Below are positions 1-11,306 of a DNA stretch of 32,000 bases, piece by piece. The notes beneath the pieces were generated by a model. It did not search any database. It was not told the DNA's origin and saw only the letters and a program-made list of their open reading frames with translations. A program made the translations under genes and the position numbers. Where the stretch lies: NCBI RefSeq assembly GCF_000195755.1, contig NC_002937.3, positions 3,030,001 to 3,062,000 of the forward strand. Reading direction: 5' to 3'. How positions within the stretch are numbered: position 1 is the stretch's first letter; each line of letters starts with the position of its first letter. The DNA is from Nitratidesulfovibrio vulgaris str. Hildenborough (lineage in GTDB: Bacteria; Desulfobacterota; Desulfovibrionia; Desulfovibrionales; Desulfovibrionaceae).

Positions 1-3062
<3,062 letters not shown>

Positions 3063-3078
3063 CAGCCTCATGGAGAAC

Positions 3079-3110
3079 AGAACCCCCGCCGCAAGGCGGG
3101 GGTTCTTGCT
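3079..3110 (+). terminator. GC-rich hairpin directly after rpoC; candidate intrinsic terminator
   Basis: AGAACCCCCGCC (3079-3090), GCAA loop, GGCGGGGGTTCT (3095-3106), then TGCT. It starts 17 nt after the rpoC stop. The U-tract is short and partly consumed by the stem. This hairpin is also the first element of the 166-bp repeat. Confidence 0.55.
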
Positions 3111-3504
3111 GGCGACACCGTCGGCAGCACCGGCCTCGCGAGCAGGCAGGGTTCACGCCTGCCGACCAGCGAGCACAGGCCGCATCTTCCGCCCCGCGCC
3201 CGCGTACCCGCTTCATGCTACCGCAACACGCGGCGGCATCCTGTGGGCATCCCGCCGCAAGGCGGGGGGTCTTGCTGGCGACACCGTCGGCAGCACCGGC
3301 CTCGCGAGCAGGCAGGGTTCACCCCTGCCGACCAGCGAGCACAGGCCGTATCTTCAACCCCGCGCCCGCGTACCCGCTTCATGCTACCGCAACACGGGGC
3401 GGCGTCCTGTGGGCACCCCGCCGCAAGGCGGGGGTTCTTGCTGGCGACACCGTCGGCAGCACCGGCCTCGCGAACACGGGGGGTCACCCCGGCCGACCAG
3501 CGAG
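3083..3504. repeat. Tandem repeat with a 166-bp unit, about 2.5 copies (3083-3248, 3249-3414, 3415-~3504)
   Basis: The GCAA tetraloops sit at 3091, 3257 and 3423, exactly 166 bp apart. My hand alignment of copies 1 and 2 gives about 9 mismatches and no indels. Copy 3 matches for about 60 nt, diverges over the second hairpin, realigns over CCGACCAGCGAG, and then loses similarity. Confidence 0.9.
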
Positions 3505-3605
3505 AAGCCCTTCCATACGGAAGACGCCCCACAGGGCTTCGCCTTGCTTTGCGAGACGCTCTATGCGAGAACCAGCTACGCACGAAATCGTAACAGGATG
3601 CACGC

Positions 3606-4211
3606 ATGTCCCCTTCATGGTTCACCATACGTCAAAGGGCCTCTCTCTGCACGGCCCTGCCGCTGTTTCTTCTGGCCTTCATGTGCCTTATCGCGCCACT
3701 GCATGCCATCGCGGCCCAGCCTGAACGCCTGATACTGCGCGCCTTCTCTGTCGCCACCGAAGGGGAAACCATGGTTCTGCGGGTCGCGGTCGATATCGAT
3801 GACCGTGAAGCGCTGCGAAACCTTCTGCGTGACGGGGCACAACTCAAGCTCACGCTCGCAGCGACCTTGAAACGCAGCCGCACACTGATGCCCGCCGAAG
3901 AAGTGGGGGTCGTCGTGGCGGAAATCCTGATGCGCCACGACCCGCTGACACGTGAATTCGAATTCTCCACATCACCCGACCTGCCCCACCGGCGCGACCG
4001 CAACTTCAATCGCCTGATGGATGCGACCCTCGAACGGTTGCGACTCCCCCTCGCCCCGGCTGCAAGCCTTGCACAGGGAGAAAGCTACACCGTCTCCCTC
4101 ACGTGCGGCCTGCGTCACACGCAAGTTCCGCCATGGCTCGAGAAGACGCTCTTCTTCTGGTCATGGGATGTCGTCCCGGAATCCACCTACACGCAGTCGT
4201 TCACGTTCTGA
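3606..4211 (+). CDS. Secreted or periplasmic DUF4390-like protein (201 aa)
   Basis: It has an N-terminal signal-like segment (LPLFLLAFMCLIAPLHAIAA). Its size and its position directly upstream of an NtrY-type kinase fit the DUF4390 family. The segment ILMRHDPLTREFEF resembles the conserved family core as I recall it. No database search was possible. Confidence 0.7.
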   Translation: MSPSWFTIRQRASLCTALPLFLLAFMCLIAPLHAIAAQPERLILRAFSVATEGETMVLRVAVDIDDREALRNLLRDGAQLKLTLAATLKRSRTLMPAEEVGVVVAEILMRHDPLTREFEFSTSPDLPHRRDRNFNRLMDATLERLRLPLAPAASLAQGESYTVSLTCGLRHTQVPPWLEKTLFFWSWDVVPESTYTQSFTF

Positions 4212-4224
4212 CAAGGCAATCTGC

Positions 4225-6426
4225 ATGCCCACCGGCACCGAAGACGCCCAGCGAAGGCATGAGGAACTGACGCGCGAGCGCCGTCGCCGTCAGCGAGAAC
4301 TCATCGCGGCGGGTGTCCTCGTCCTTGTGGTGCTGGTCGCCACATGGGTGGAACTGACCTTCTTCGGGGTCGACTCGTGGATGTTCCTCGCCCTGTTCAA
4401 CGTGAACCTTCTGCTTTCGCTGGTGGTTCTCTTTCTCGTCGTCCGCAACAGCATCAAGCTGCTGGTCGAACGCAGGCGCAACGTGCCGGGGGCCAAGCTC
4501 CGTACACGGCTTGTGCTCATGTTCATGCTGCTCTCGCTGGCACCCACCGTCATCATGTTCCTCGCCTCGAACAGGGTCGTCGCCACGTCTGTCGACTACT
4601 GGTTCAAGAATCAGGCCGAGAACGCCATGGATGCGGCCCTTGATGTGGGCCAGAGCTTCTATACCGCCTCGGCATCACGCCTTCGCGCAAGGGCGGAACT
4701 CATCAGCCGCGAAGTGGCCGAACGCCGCACCCCGTGGGGCAGCCCCGCCGCCGATGCGCTTCTCGACCGCAGGGCGAGAGAGTATGGTCTCATCGCCGTG
4801 GGTTTCGTCACCCCCGCGCACGCAGAGCGCAACTGGCATGCGCCTTCAGAGTTCGCGCCCGTGTGGGATGAGGCGCGCAAGCGCATCGCGTGGGACCATG
4901 TGGCGGCACAGCGTTTCGGCTCGCTCCTGTGGGCTGGCGACACGGCGGACTATGTCATCGGTGCCCTCGCCATCGATGCCGGACGCACAGGCTACCTCGT
5001 CGTGGCCGAGAGCATCGGCCAGGGGCTCATGCTCAAACTCGACCGCATCTCCAAGGGGTTCGAGGAGTACAAGTCGCTCAAGAACCTCAAGCGGCCGCTC
5101 AAGGTCTCGTTCACGCTCATCCTCGGCATCCTCAGCCTGCTGGTCGTACTGGGCGCACTCTGGCTCGGATTGCGCCTGTCCCGCGAGTTGACGGCTCCCA
5201 TTCTCGCTCTTGCGGACGGGGCCGACCGCATCGCGAAGGGCGACCTCGACGTGCGGCTTGAAGACTCGGCACAGGATGAAATCGGGCAACTGGTGCGCGC
5301 CTTCAACAAGATGGCGGGCGACCTTGCACACAACCGCCAGAGTCTGACCGAAGCCAACCGCCTGCTGGCCCAGAGCAACGCCGAGATAGCAGGGCGCAAC
5401 GCCTACATCGAAGCCGTTCTCGACAACATCGCCGCGGGCGTCATCTCCCTTGATGCGTCGGGCCGCATACAGACCGTGAACAAGGCTGCGGCGTCCATTC
5501 TCGGCACGCCCTCGGAAAGGCTGAAAGGGAGGCGCCCTGCCGCGTTCCTCGACGGCCCCTACCTCGACATCATCGACGACATGCTCACCCAGTTGCACAG
5601 ACGTCCCGAAATGCACTGGGAACGCCAGATGGACCTGTCGGGCAGCGACAGGGCACTGAAGCTGCTGGTCCATGCCGTGGCCCTGCGCGGGGTGGACGGC
5701 AGTGTGGATGGCATCGTCGCCGTGTTCGAGGACATCTCGGAACTGGAGCGGATGCAGCGCATGGCGGCATGGCGCGAGGTGGCACGGCGCATCGCCCACG
5801 AGATCAAGAATCCGCTGACCCCCATCAAGCTTTCGGCACAACGCCTCGAACGCAAGTTCGGCCCGCGCGTGGACGACCCCGTGTTCGGCCAGTGCACTGC
5901 GCTCATCGTCAAGCAGGTGGAGCACCTCCAGCAAATGGTGCAAGAGTTCTCGACATTCGCGAAGCTTCCGGAGGTAACGCCCCGTGCGGGTGACATCACT
6001 CCCCTGCTGGAGGAGGTAACCGGTCTTTTCAGGCATGGACATTCACGCATCGCGTGGCAAGTGGATATCGCCCCCGCGCTGCCCCCCGTGCGGATGGATG
6101 GTGAAGCCCTGCACCGGGCCTTCATCAACATCCTCACCAACGCCATCGAAGCCCTCGAGGGAACGGCGACACCGTCCATCAACGTACAGGCCTCGCATGA
6201 CGCGGAAAGGGCGCGCGTACGCGTCGAGATTGCCGACAACGGGCCGGGGCTCACACCTGAAGAACGCTCGCGCATGTTCGAACCCTACTTCACCAGCAAG
6301 AAGGGGGGCACAGGTCTCGGCCTCTCCATCGTGCGCTCCATCGTCAACGACCATGGGGGGCATGTCAGGGCTGCCGGTGCCCCCGGCGGCGGTACCGTTG
6401 TCACAGTGGAACTGCCTGTGGCATAA
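4225..6426 (+). CDS. NtrY-like membrane sensor histidine kinase (TM-HAMP-PAS-HisKA-HATPase)
   Basis: Start chosen at ATG 4225 (MPTGTED...), because the upstream part of the 4021 ORF overlaps the previous gene. It has several hydrophobic segments, a HAMP-like region (ILALADGADRIAKGDLDVRLE...FNKMAGDL), a PAS-like region, an H-box (HEIKNPLTPIKLSAQRLERK) and a G-box (GGTGLGLSIV). Confidence 0.9.
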   Translation: MPTGTEDAQRRHEELTRERRRRQRELIAAGVLVLVVLVATWVELTFFGVDSWMFLALFNVNLLLSLVVLFLVVRNSIKLLVERRRNVPGAKLRTRLVLMFMLLSLAPTVIMFLASNRVVATSVDYWFKNQAENAMDAALDVGQSFYTASASRLRARAELISREVAERRTPWGSPAADALLDRRAREYGLIAVGFVTPAHAERNWHAPSEFAPVWDEARKRIAWDHVAAQRFGSLLWAGDTADYVIGALAIDAGRTGYLVVAESIGQGLMLKLDRISKGFEEYKSLKNLKRPLKVSFTLILGILSLLVVLGALWLGLRLSRELTAPILALADGADRIAKGDLDVRLEDSAQDEIGQLVRAFNKMAGDLAHNRQSLTEANRLLAQSNAEIAGRNAYIEAVLDNIAAGVISLDASGRIQTVNKAAASILGTPSERLKGRRPAAFLDGPYLDIIDDMLTQLHRRPEMHWERQMDLSGSDRALKLLVHAVALRGVDGSVDGIVAVFEDISELERMQRMAAWREVARRIAHEIKNPLTPIKLSAQRLERKFGPRVDDPVFGQCTALIVKQVEHLQQMVQEFSTFAKLPEVTPRAGDITPLLEEVTGLFRHGHSRIAWQVDIAPALPPVRMDGEALHRAFINILTNAIEALEGTATPSINVQASHDAERARVRVEIADNGPGLTPEERSRMFEPYFTSKKGGTGLGLSIVRSIVNDHGGHVRAAGAPGGGTVVTVELPVA

Positions 6427-6459
6427 TGGTGGTTGGCCCAACACGTACGGAGACAGACC

Positions 6460-7386
6460 ATGCGCATCGTCATAGCAGGCGGTTCAGGTTTTATCGGGAG
6501 AGCACTTGCCGACGCTCTCGTGGCACGCGGAGACGAAGTGACCGTGCCGACACGCAGCCCCGACCGGGCAGGGCGTGTCCTGCCGCCTGCCGTGACGGCA
6601 GCGGCATGGGACGGCCTCGACCCTGATGCGCTGGCCACCATCATCGACGGGGCCGACGCTGTCGTGAACCTCGTCGGTGCCAACATCGCCGAGGGACGCT
6701 GGACCCCCGCCGTCAAGAGGAGCATCGTCGAAAGCCGCGTTCAGGCAGGCAGGGCACTGGCCGAGGCGACACACCGCGCGACCACTGCGCCACATGTCGT
6801 CGTCCAGGGGTCTGCCGTCGGCTACTATGGCGGCTGGTCCGACATGCTGACTGCCCCCGTCAGCGCCGAAGACGCCCCGTGCGGTGCCGGATTCCTTGCC
6901 GAGACATGCCAGCAATGGGAGGCATCTTCGTCCGACGTGGCCGAAGGCGTCCGGCATTGCGTCTTCCGGACGGGTGTCGTCCTTGGCAAGGGAGGTGCGC
7001 TTGCCAAGATGCTGCCCCCCTTCCGCCTCTTTGCAGGGGGGCCACCCGGCACAGGACGCCAGCCCTTTGCATGGATACATCTTTCCGACGAGGTGCGTGC
7101 CATCGTGCACCTCATCGACCACGCCACCCTTTCAGGGCCCTTCAACCTCACTGCACCGGGGTGCATCTCCATGGCCGACTTCTGCCATGCGCTGGGCAAG
7201 GTGCTGCACAGGCCCTCTTTCACGCGCGTACCGGCCCCACTGCTACGACTGATGCTCGGTGAAATGGCCGAAGAGGTTCTCCTGCGCGGGCAGGTTGCCC
7301 CTCCCGAACGCCTGCTGGCCAGCGGCTTCTCCTTCACGCACACGGCCCCCATCCCGGCACTCGAAGACATCCTTCGCCGACGCTGA
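6460..7386 (+). CDS. TIGR01777/YfcH-like NAD-dependent epimerase-family oxidoreductase (SDR fold with DUF1731-type C-terminus)
   Basis: MRIVIAGGSGFIGRAL is a Rossmann GxxGxxG motif at the N-terminus. GGAG lies about 10 nt upstream of ATG 6460. The C-terminal LLRGQVAPPERLLASGFSFTH resembles the family tail. Confidence 0.8.
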   Translation: MRIVIAGGSGFIGRALADALVARGDEVTVPTRSPDRAGRVLPPAVTAAAWDGLDPDALATIIDGADAVVNLVGANIAEGRWTPAVKRSIVESRVQAGRALAEATHRATTAPHVVVQGSAVGYYGGWSDMLTAPVSAEDAPCGAGFLAETCQQWEASSSDVAEGVRHCVFRTGVVLGKGGALAKMLPPFRLFAGGPPGTGRQPFAWIHLSDEVRAIVHLIDHATLSGPFNLTAPGCISMADFCHALGKVLHRPSFTRVPAPLLRLMLGEMAEEVLLRGQVAPPERLLASGFSFTHTAPIPALEDILRRR

Positions 7387-7397
7387 CCGGAGTCTCC

Positions 7398-8774
7398 ATG
7401 CGGTATGACATCCTGCTTGTGGAAGACGAGGCCGTCGTGGCCTGCGACGTGCGCCACAGGCTCGAACGGCTCGGCTACGCGCCCGCCCGGCTTGCCACCA
7501 ACGGTGCAGAGGCCCTGCGCATGTTCAACGAGAGGACGCCCGATGTCGTTCTCATGGACATCGTTCTCGACGGCCCCATGGACGGCATCGAACTGGCCGG
7601 ACACATCCGGGCCGAGGCCCACACCCCCATCATCTACCTGACCGGTCACGCCGCCCCGGACATCCTGCACCGGGCCAAGATCACAGAACCTTTCGGCTAC
7701 ATCCTCAAGCCGTTCGAAGACAGGGAACTGCACATCTGCATCGAGATGGCCATCTACAAGAGCAGGGTCGACAACGACCTGCGCGCCAAGGAACGCTGGT
7801 TCGCCAGCACCCTGCGCTCCATCCCGGACGCCGTGGTGACCGTCGACGGCGCAGGGCGCATCACCTACTGCAACGATTCGGCCGAACGGCTCACCCACCA
7901 GCCCCGCGCAGAACTCCTGGGCGCCAGATTCGGCCAGTCGATACCCCTTTGTGACGCCCTGCGCACGGACTATACCGACCCTGCAGCGCTGGTGGCGCCG
8001 GGTTACGGCCCGCTGCACTTCTCGGACGCGGCAACGCTCGGTACGCCTTCCGGAAGTGTTCCCGTTGAAATACGCATCTCCCCGCTGCATGACGCCAATG
8101 GAACCGATGCCGGGGCCGTGCTCGTCATGCGGGACGTGACGGAACGCCGACGAGCGGAAGAGACTCTGCACGCGACACTTGACGACCTGCAACGGGCCTT
8201 CCGCCAGACGGTATCCGCACTGGCTGCCACCTCGGAGAAGCGCGACCCCTATACCGCGGGGCATCAGGCACGAGTGGCGCAGCTGGCCTGTGCGCTGGCT
8301 TCACGGCTCGACCTCGGCGCACACGCCATCGAAGGCGTGCGTGTGGCCGCCATGCTCCATGACATCGGCAAAATCCATATCCCGTCAGAGATTCTGGCCA
8401 AACCGACGCGCCTTTCAGACCTCGAGATGAGCATCATGCGCATGCACAGCGAGGTGGGACACGACATCCTGCGCGAAATATCCTTTCCGTGGCCCGTGGC
8501 CGACATCGTGCTGCAACACCACGAACGGCTCGACGGTTCCGGCTACCCGCACGGGCTCGCAGGCGACGCCATCCTTCCGGCCGCCCGCATCATCGCCGTC
8601 GCGGACGTGGTCGAGGCCATGTCGTCGCACCGCCCCTACCGCCCCGCGCGCGGGTTGGGGCTCGCCTTCGACGAAATCATGTCCGGTCGCGGCGCGCGTT
8701 ACGATGCCGCCGTGGTCGACGCCTGCCAGTCCCTCTTCGCCGAGGGCTTCACCTTCGACCAGCCCAACGGATAG
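7398..8774 (+). CDS. Response regulator with REC, PAS and HD-GYP domains (putative c-di-GMP phosphodiesterase)
   Basis: REC features are DILLVEDE, VVLMDIVL and ILKPF. A PAS-like segment is IPDAVVTVDGAGRITYCNDSAERL. HD-GYP signatures are HDIGKIHIP and HHERLDGSGYPHGL. GGAG lies upstream. The gap to the previous gene is 11 nt. Confidence 0.9.
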   Translation: MRYDILLVEDEAVVACDVRHRLERLGYAPARLATNGAEALRMFNERTPDVVLMDIVLDGPMDGIELAGHIRAEAHTPIIYLTGHAAPDILHRAKITEPFGYILKPFEDRELHICIEMAIYKSRVDNDLRAKERWFASTLRSIPDAVVTVDGAGRITYCNDSAERLTHQPRAELLGARFGQSIPLCDALRTDYTDPAALVAPGYGPLHFSDAATLGTPSGSVPVEIRISPLHDANGTDAGAVLVMRDVTERRRAEETLHATLDDLQRAFRQTVSALAATSEKRDPYTAGHQARVAQLACALASRLDLGAHAIEGVRVAAMLHDIGKIHIPSEILAKPTRLSDLEMSIMRMHSEVGHDILREISFPWPVADIVLQHHERLDGSGYPHGLAGDAILPAARIIAVADVVEAMSSHRPYRPARGLGLAFDEIMSGRGARYDAAVVDACQSLFAEGFTFDQPNG

Positions 8775-8777
8775 ACC

Positions 8778-10196
8778 ATGCCCGCCCGCATCCTCATCAT
8801 CGACGACGAAGACGACATCCGCTTCTCCCTGCGCGGCATCCTCGAAGACGAGGGGCACGAGGTGACGGAAGCCCCCGACGGAGAGGCCGGACTGCGCACC
8901 CTCGCCTCCGACACCCCCGACGTGGTCTTCCTCGACATCTGGATGCCCGGCATGGACGGCCTCACCGTGCTGGAGCACATACATGCCGCGGCCCCTTCGC
9001 TTCCGGTCATCATGATATCAGGGCACGGAACCATCGAAACCGCCGTCGCCGCCATCAAGAAGGGTGCGCACGACTTCATCGAGAAACCCCTCTCACTGGA
9101 GAAGGTGGTCATCGCCGCCGAACGCGCCCTCGAAATGCGCGAGTTGCGGCGCGAGAATCAGGCACTGCGCAGTTCACTGGGCGCAGGCAGCAAGGCGGAC
9201 GAACTCATCGGCGAATCGGCCCCCATGCGACGCATCCGCGAACAGATTGCCCGCGTCGCCCCCACGGATGCGTGGGTGCTCATCACCGGTGAGAACGGCA
9301 CAGGCAAGGAACTTGCCGCCCGCGCCGTACACGCCGGCAGTCAACGCGCCACGAGACCGCTGGTGGCGGTGAATTGCGCCGCCATTCCCGAAGAACTCAT
9401 CGAGAGTGAACTGTTCGGCCATGAGAAAGGGGCCTTCACCGGTGCGGAAAGCGCCCGCACCGGCAAATTCGAGATGGCCCACAGGGGAACGCTGTTCCTC
9501 GACGAAATCGGCGACATGAGCCTCAAGACACAGGCCAAGATTCTGCGCATCCTGCAGGAACAGAGCTTCGAGAAGGTCGGGGGCACGCGCACCATCCGTG
9601 TCGATGTCCGGGTCGTGGCAGCCACCAACAAGAATCTCGAAGAGCAGATAGCGCAGGGTACGTTCCGCGAAGACCTCTACTACCGCCTGCGTGTCTTTCC
9701 ACTTTCGCTGCCCGCCCTCCGCGAACGGGGCGACGACATCCTCCGGCTTCTGGACGCCTTCATGCTTCGCCTGTGCCGTGACCACGCCTTCGCCCCCCTG
9801 ACCTTCACGGACGATGCGCAGGACGTGCTGCTACGATACCGCTGGCCCGGCAACGTGCGCGAACTGCGCAATTTCGTGGAGCGGATGCTCATCCTGCACG
9901 CCGGGGAATCGGTGGATGTGGAAGACCTGCCCCCCGAATGCCTGCGCGACCTGTCACCCTCGTCAGACAGCGCGACGGGCACGGCAGCGCAATCGGCTAC
10001 CGCGACCTGCGGCACGGGTGTCGACGGCATCCTCGACTTCAAGGCCGCCCGCAACGCCTTCGAGACACGCTTCCTTGCCGAGCAGTTACAGGAGTGCGGC
10101 GGTAACGTGAGCCGCCTTGCCGAACGCATCGGCTTGGAACGCAGCCACCTCCACCGCAAGCTCAAGGGATACGGCATCATAGCCGGCGACCAGTAG
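8778..10196 (+). CDS. Sigma-54-dependent response regulator (NtrX/NtrC family: REC, AAA+, Fis-type HTH)
   Basis: REC features are RILIIDDEDD and VVFLDIWMPGMDG. The Walker A motif is GENGTGKE. The sigma-54 contact motif GAFTGA is present. The arginine-finger region and a C-terminal HTH (NVSRLAERIGLERSHLHRKLK) are also present. The gene starts 3 nt after the previous stop. Confidence 0.92.
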   Translation: MPARILIIDDEDDIRFSLRGILEDEGHEVTEAPDGEAGLRTLASDTPDVVFLDIWMPGMDGLTVLEHIHAAAPSLPVIMISGHGTIETAVAAIKKGAHDFIEKPLSLEKVVIAAERALEMRELRRENQALRSSLGAGSKADELIGESAPMRRIREQIARVAPTDAWVLITGENGTGKELAARAVHAGSQRATRPLVAVNCAAIPEELIESELFGHEKGAFTGAESARTGKFEMAHRGTLFLDEIGDMSLKTQAKILRILQEQSFEKVGGTRTIRVDVRVVAATNKNLEEQIAQGTFREDLYYRLRVFPLSLPALRERGDDILRLLDAFMLRLCRDHAFAPLTFTDDAQDVLLRYRWPGNVRELRNFVERMLILHAGESVDVEDLPPECLRDLSPSSDSATGTAAQSATATCGTGVDGILDFKAARNAFETRFLAEQLQECGGNVSRLAERIGLERSHLHRKLKGYGIIAGDQ

Positions 10197-10236
10197 CGTC
10201 TCCATGGCCCACCCGCCAGCTTCGGCGACACGGGCT

Positions 10237-10261
10237 AGCCGCCAACCTGCGTTTGGCGGTT
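10237..10261 (+). terminator. Hairpin after the sigma-54 activator gene; weak terminator candidate
   Basis: CCGCCAA (10239-10245), 7-nt loop, TTGGCGG (10253-10259), with two extra closing pairs. There is no convincing U-tract. Confidence 0.3.
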
Positions 10262-10353
10262 CCACGTACCTACGAAATGCGCTATGCTTGCCGTAGCGCC
10301 GCAGACGGATGTCCCTTGCGGTGCCATCACACCATCGGCAGCACGGAGGCGGC

Positions 10354-11106
10354 ATGGCGCGGCTCATCCTTCTCAGACACGGGCAGAGTGCATGGAACCT
10401 TGAAAACCGCTTCACCGGGTGGACGGACGTAGACCTCTCCCCGGCAGGCGAAGCCGAGGCACTGGCCGCGGCACGGCTCATCCGGGATGAAGGGCTCGAC
10501 TTCTCCGTGTGCCACACCTCCATGCTGACCCGTGCCATACGCACGCTGCATCTTGTACAGCAAGAACTGGACAGGCTCTGGACGCCCGTACGCAAGCACT
10601 GGCGTCTCAATGAACGGCACTACGGGGCCCTGCAGGGGCTGGACAAACGCGAGACCGCGGCACGACACGGCGAAGACCAGGTCTTCGTCTGGCGGCGCAG
10701 CTACGATGTGCCGCCGCCCGTCATCGCCCCCGACGACCCGAAGCACCCCGTCCACGACCCCCGCTACGCCGATGTGCCCCCTGATGTCCTTCCCTGTGGC
10801 GAAAGCCTTGAAGCGACCGTGGCGCGGGTACTCCCCTACTGGTACGACGCCATCGCCCCCGACCTCATGGCGGGGCGCGATGTGCTGGTGGCGGCCCACG
10901 GCAACAGCCTGCGCGCCCTTGTCATGCATCTTGACGGGCTTGACCGCGAGGATGTTTCACGCCTCGACATCCCCACCGGGCTGCCCCGCCTGTACGAACT
11001 GGATGCCGCACTGCGCCCCGTGTCGTACCGCTATCTGGGAGACCCGGCAGAGGCTGAGGAACGGGCACGCGCCGTAGCCGCGCAGGGGCGGCTCGAAAAG
11101 AACTGA
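10354..11106 (+). CDS. gpmA: 2,3-bisphosphoglycerate-dependent phosphoglycerate mutase
   Basis: The N-terminus is [27 protein letters not shown] (RHG catalytic motif), with [10 protein letters not shown] and [10 protein letters not shown] further in. Start chosen at ATG 10354 with GGAGG upstream. Confidence 0.92.
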   Translation: MARLILLRHGQSAWNLENRFTGWTDVDLSPAGEAEALAAARLIRDEGLDFSVCHTSMLTRAIRTLHLVQQELDRLWTPVRKHWRLNERHYGALQGLDKRETAARHGEDQVFVWRRSYDVPPPVIAPDDPKHPVHDPRYADVPPDVLPCGESLEATVARVLPYWYDAIAPDLMAGRDVLVAAHGNSLRALVMHLDGLDREDVSRLDIPTGLPRLYELDAALRPVSYRYLGDPAEAEERARAVAAQGRLEKN

Positions 11107-11216
11107 CGGAACCGGGTTACGATCGCCCTCGGCCTTCACACAGGCCCGGCGTCTCCGAGCGACGCGCCCCGGAACGCCGCACCATTCAAGCCACGAATGG
11201 TGAGCATCCACTTCCA

Positions 11217-11244
11217 TTGACTTGCGTCGGAAAGGCCTCATACT
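11217..11244 (+). promoter_or_regulatory. Candidate sigma-70 promoter for the receiver/TPR gene
   Basis: TTGACT (11217-11222), 16-nt spacer, CATACT (11239-11244), about 60 nt upstream of ATG 11307. Motif match only. Confidence 0.35.
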
Positions 11245-11306
11245 GATTGCGGCGCATCTGCAACGGCATGACGAAGCGCCGCCACAGACGACACACCGGG
11301 AGAACC

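Noticed and set aside
3108-3126. Sigma-54-like TGGCGACACCGTCGGCA present in each repeat copy.
   Set aside because: The GG to GC spacing is 11 nt instead of 10, and the -12 box is TCGGCA rather than TTGC.
3083-3504. Possible CRISPR array.
   Set aside because: The 166-bp units are contiguous, with no unique spacers between short repeats, and no cas genes are nearby. This is a tandem repeat.
4846-6042. Long antisense or alternate-frame ORFs inside well-supported genes. Examples: 4846-6042(-), 6825-8264(-), 11238-12383(-), 12854-14353(-), 16200-17180(-), 17917-19023(-), 20903-22687(+), 25010-26128(+), 26628-27560(-), 28799-29764(-).
   Set aside because: They mirror genes that carry clear domain motifs. 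Their translations are Arg/Gly/Ala/Pro/His-rich with no recognisable motifs. Long open shadow frames like these are expected in GC-rich DNA.
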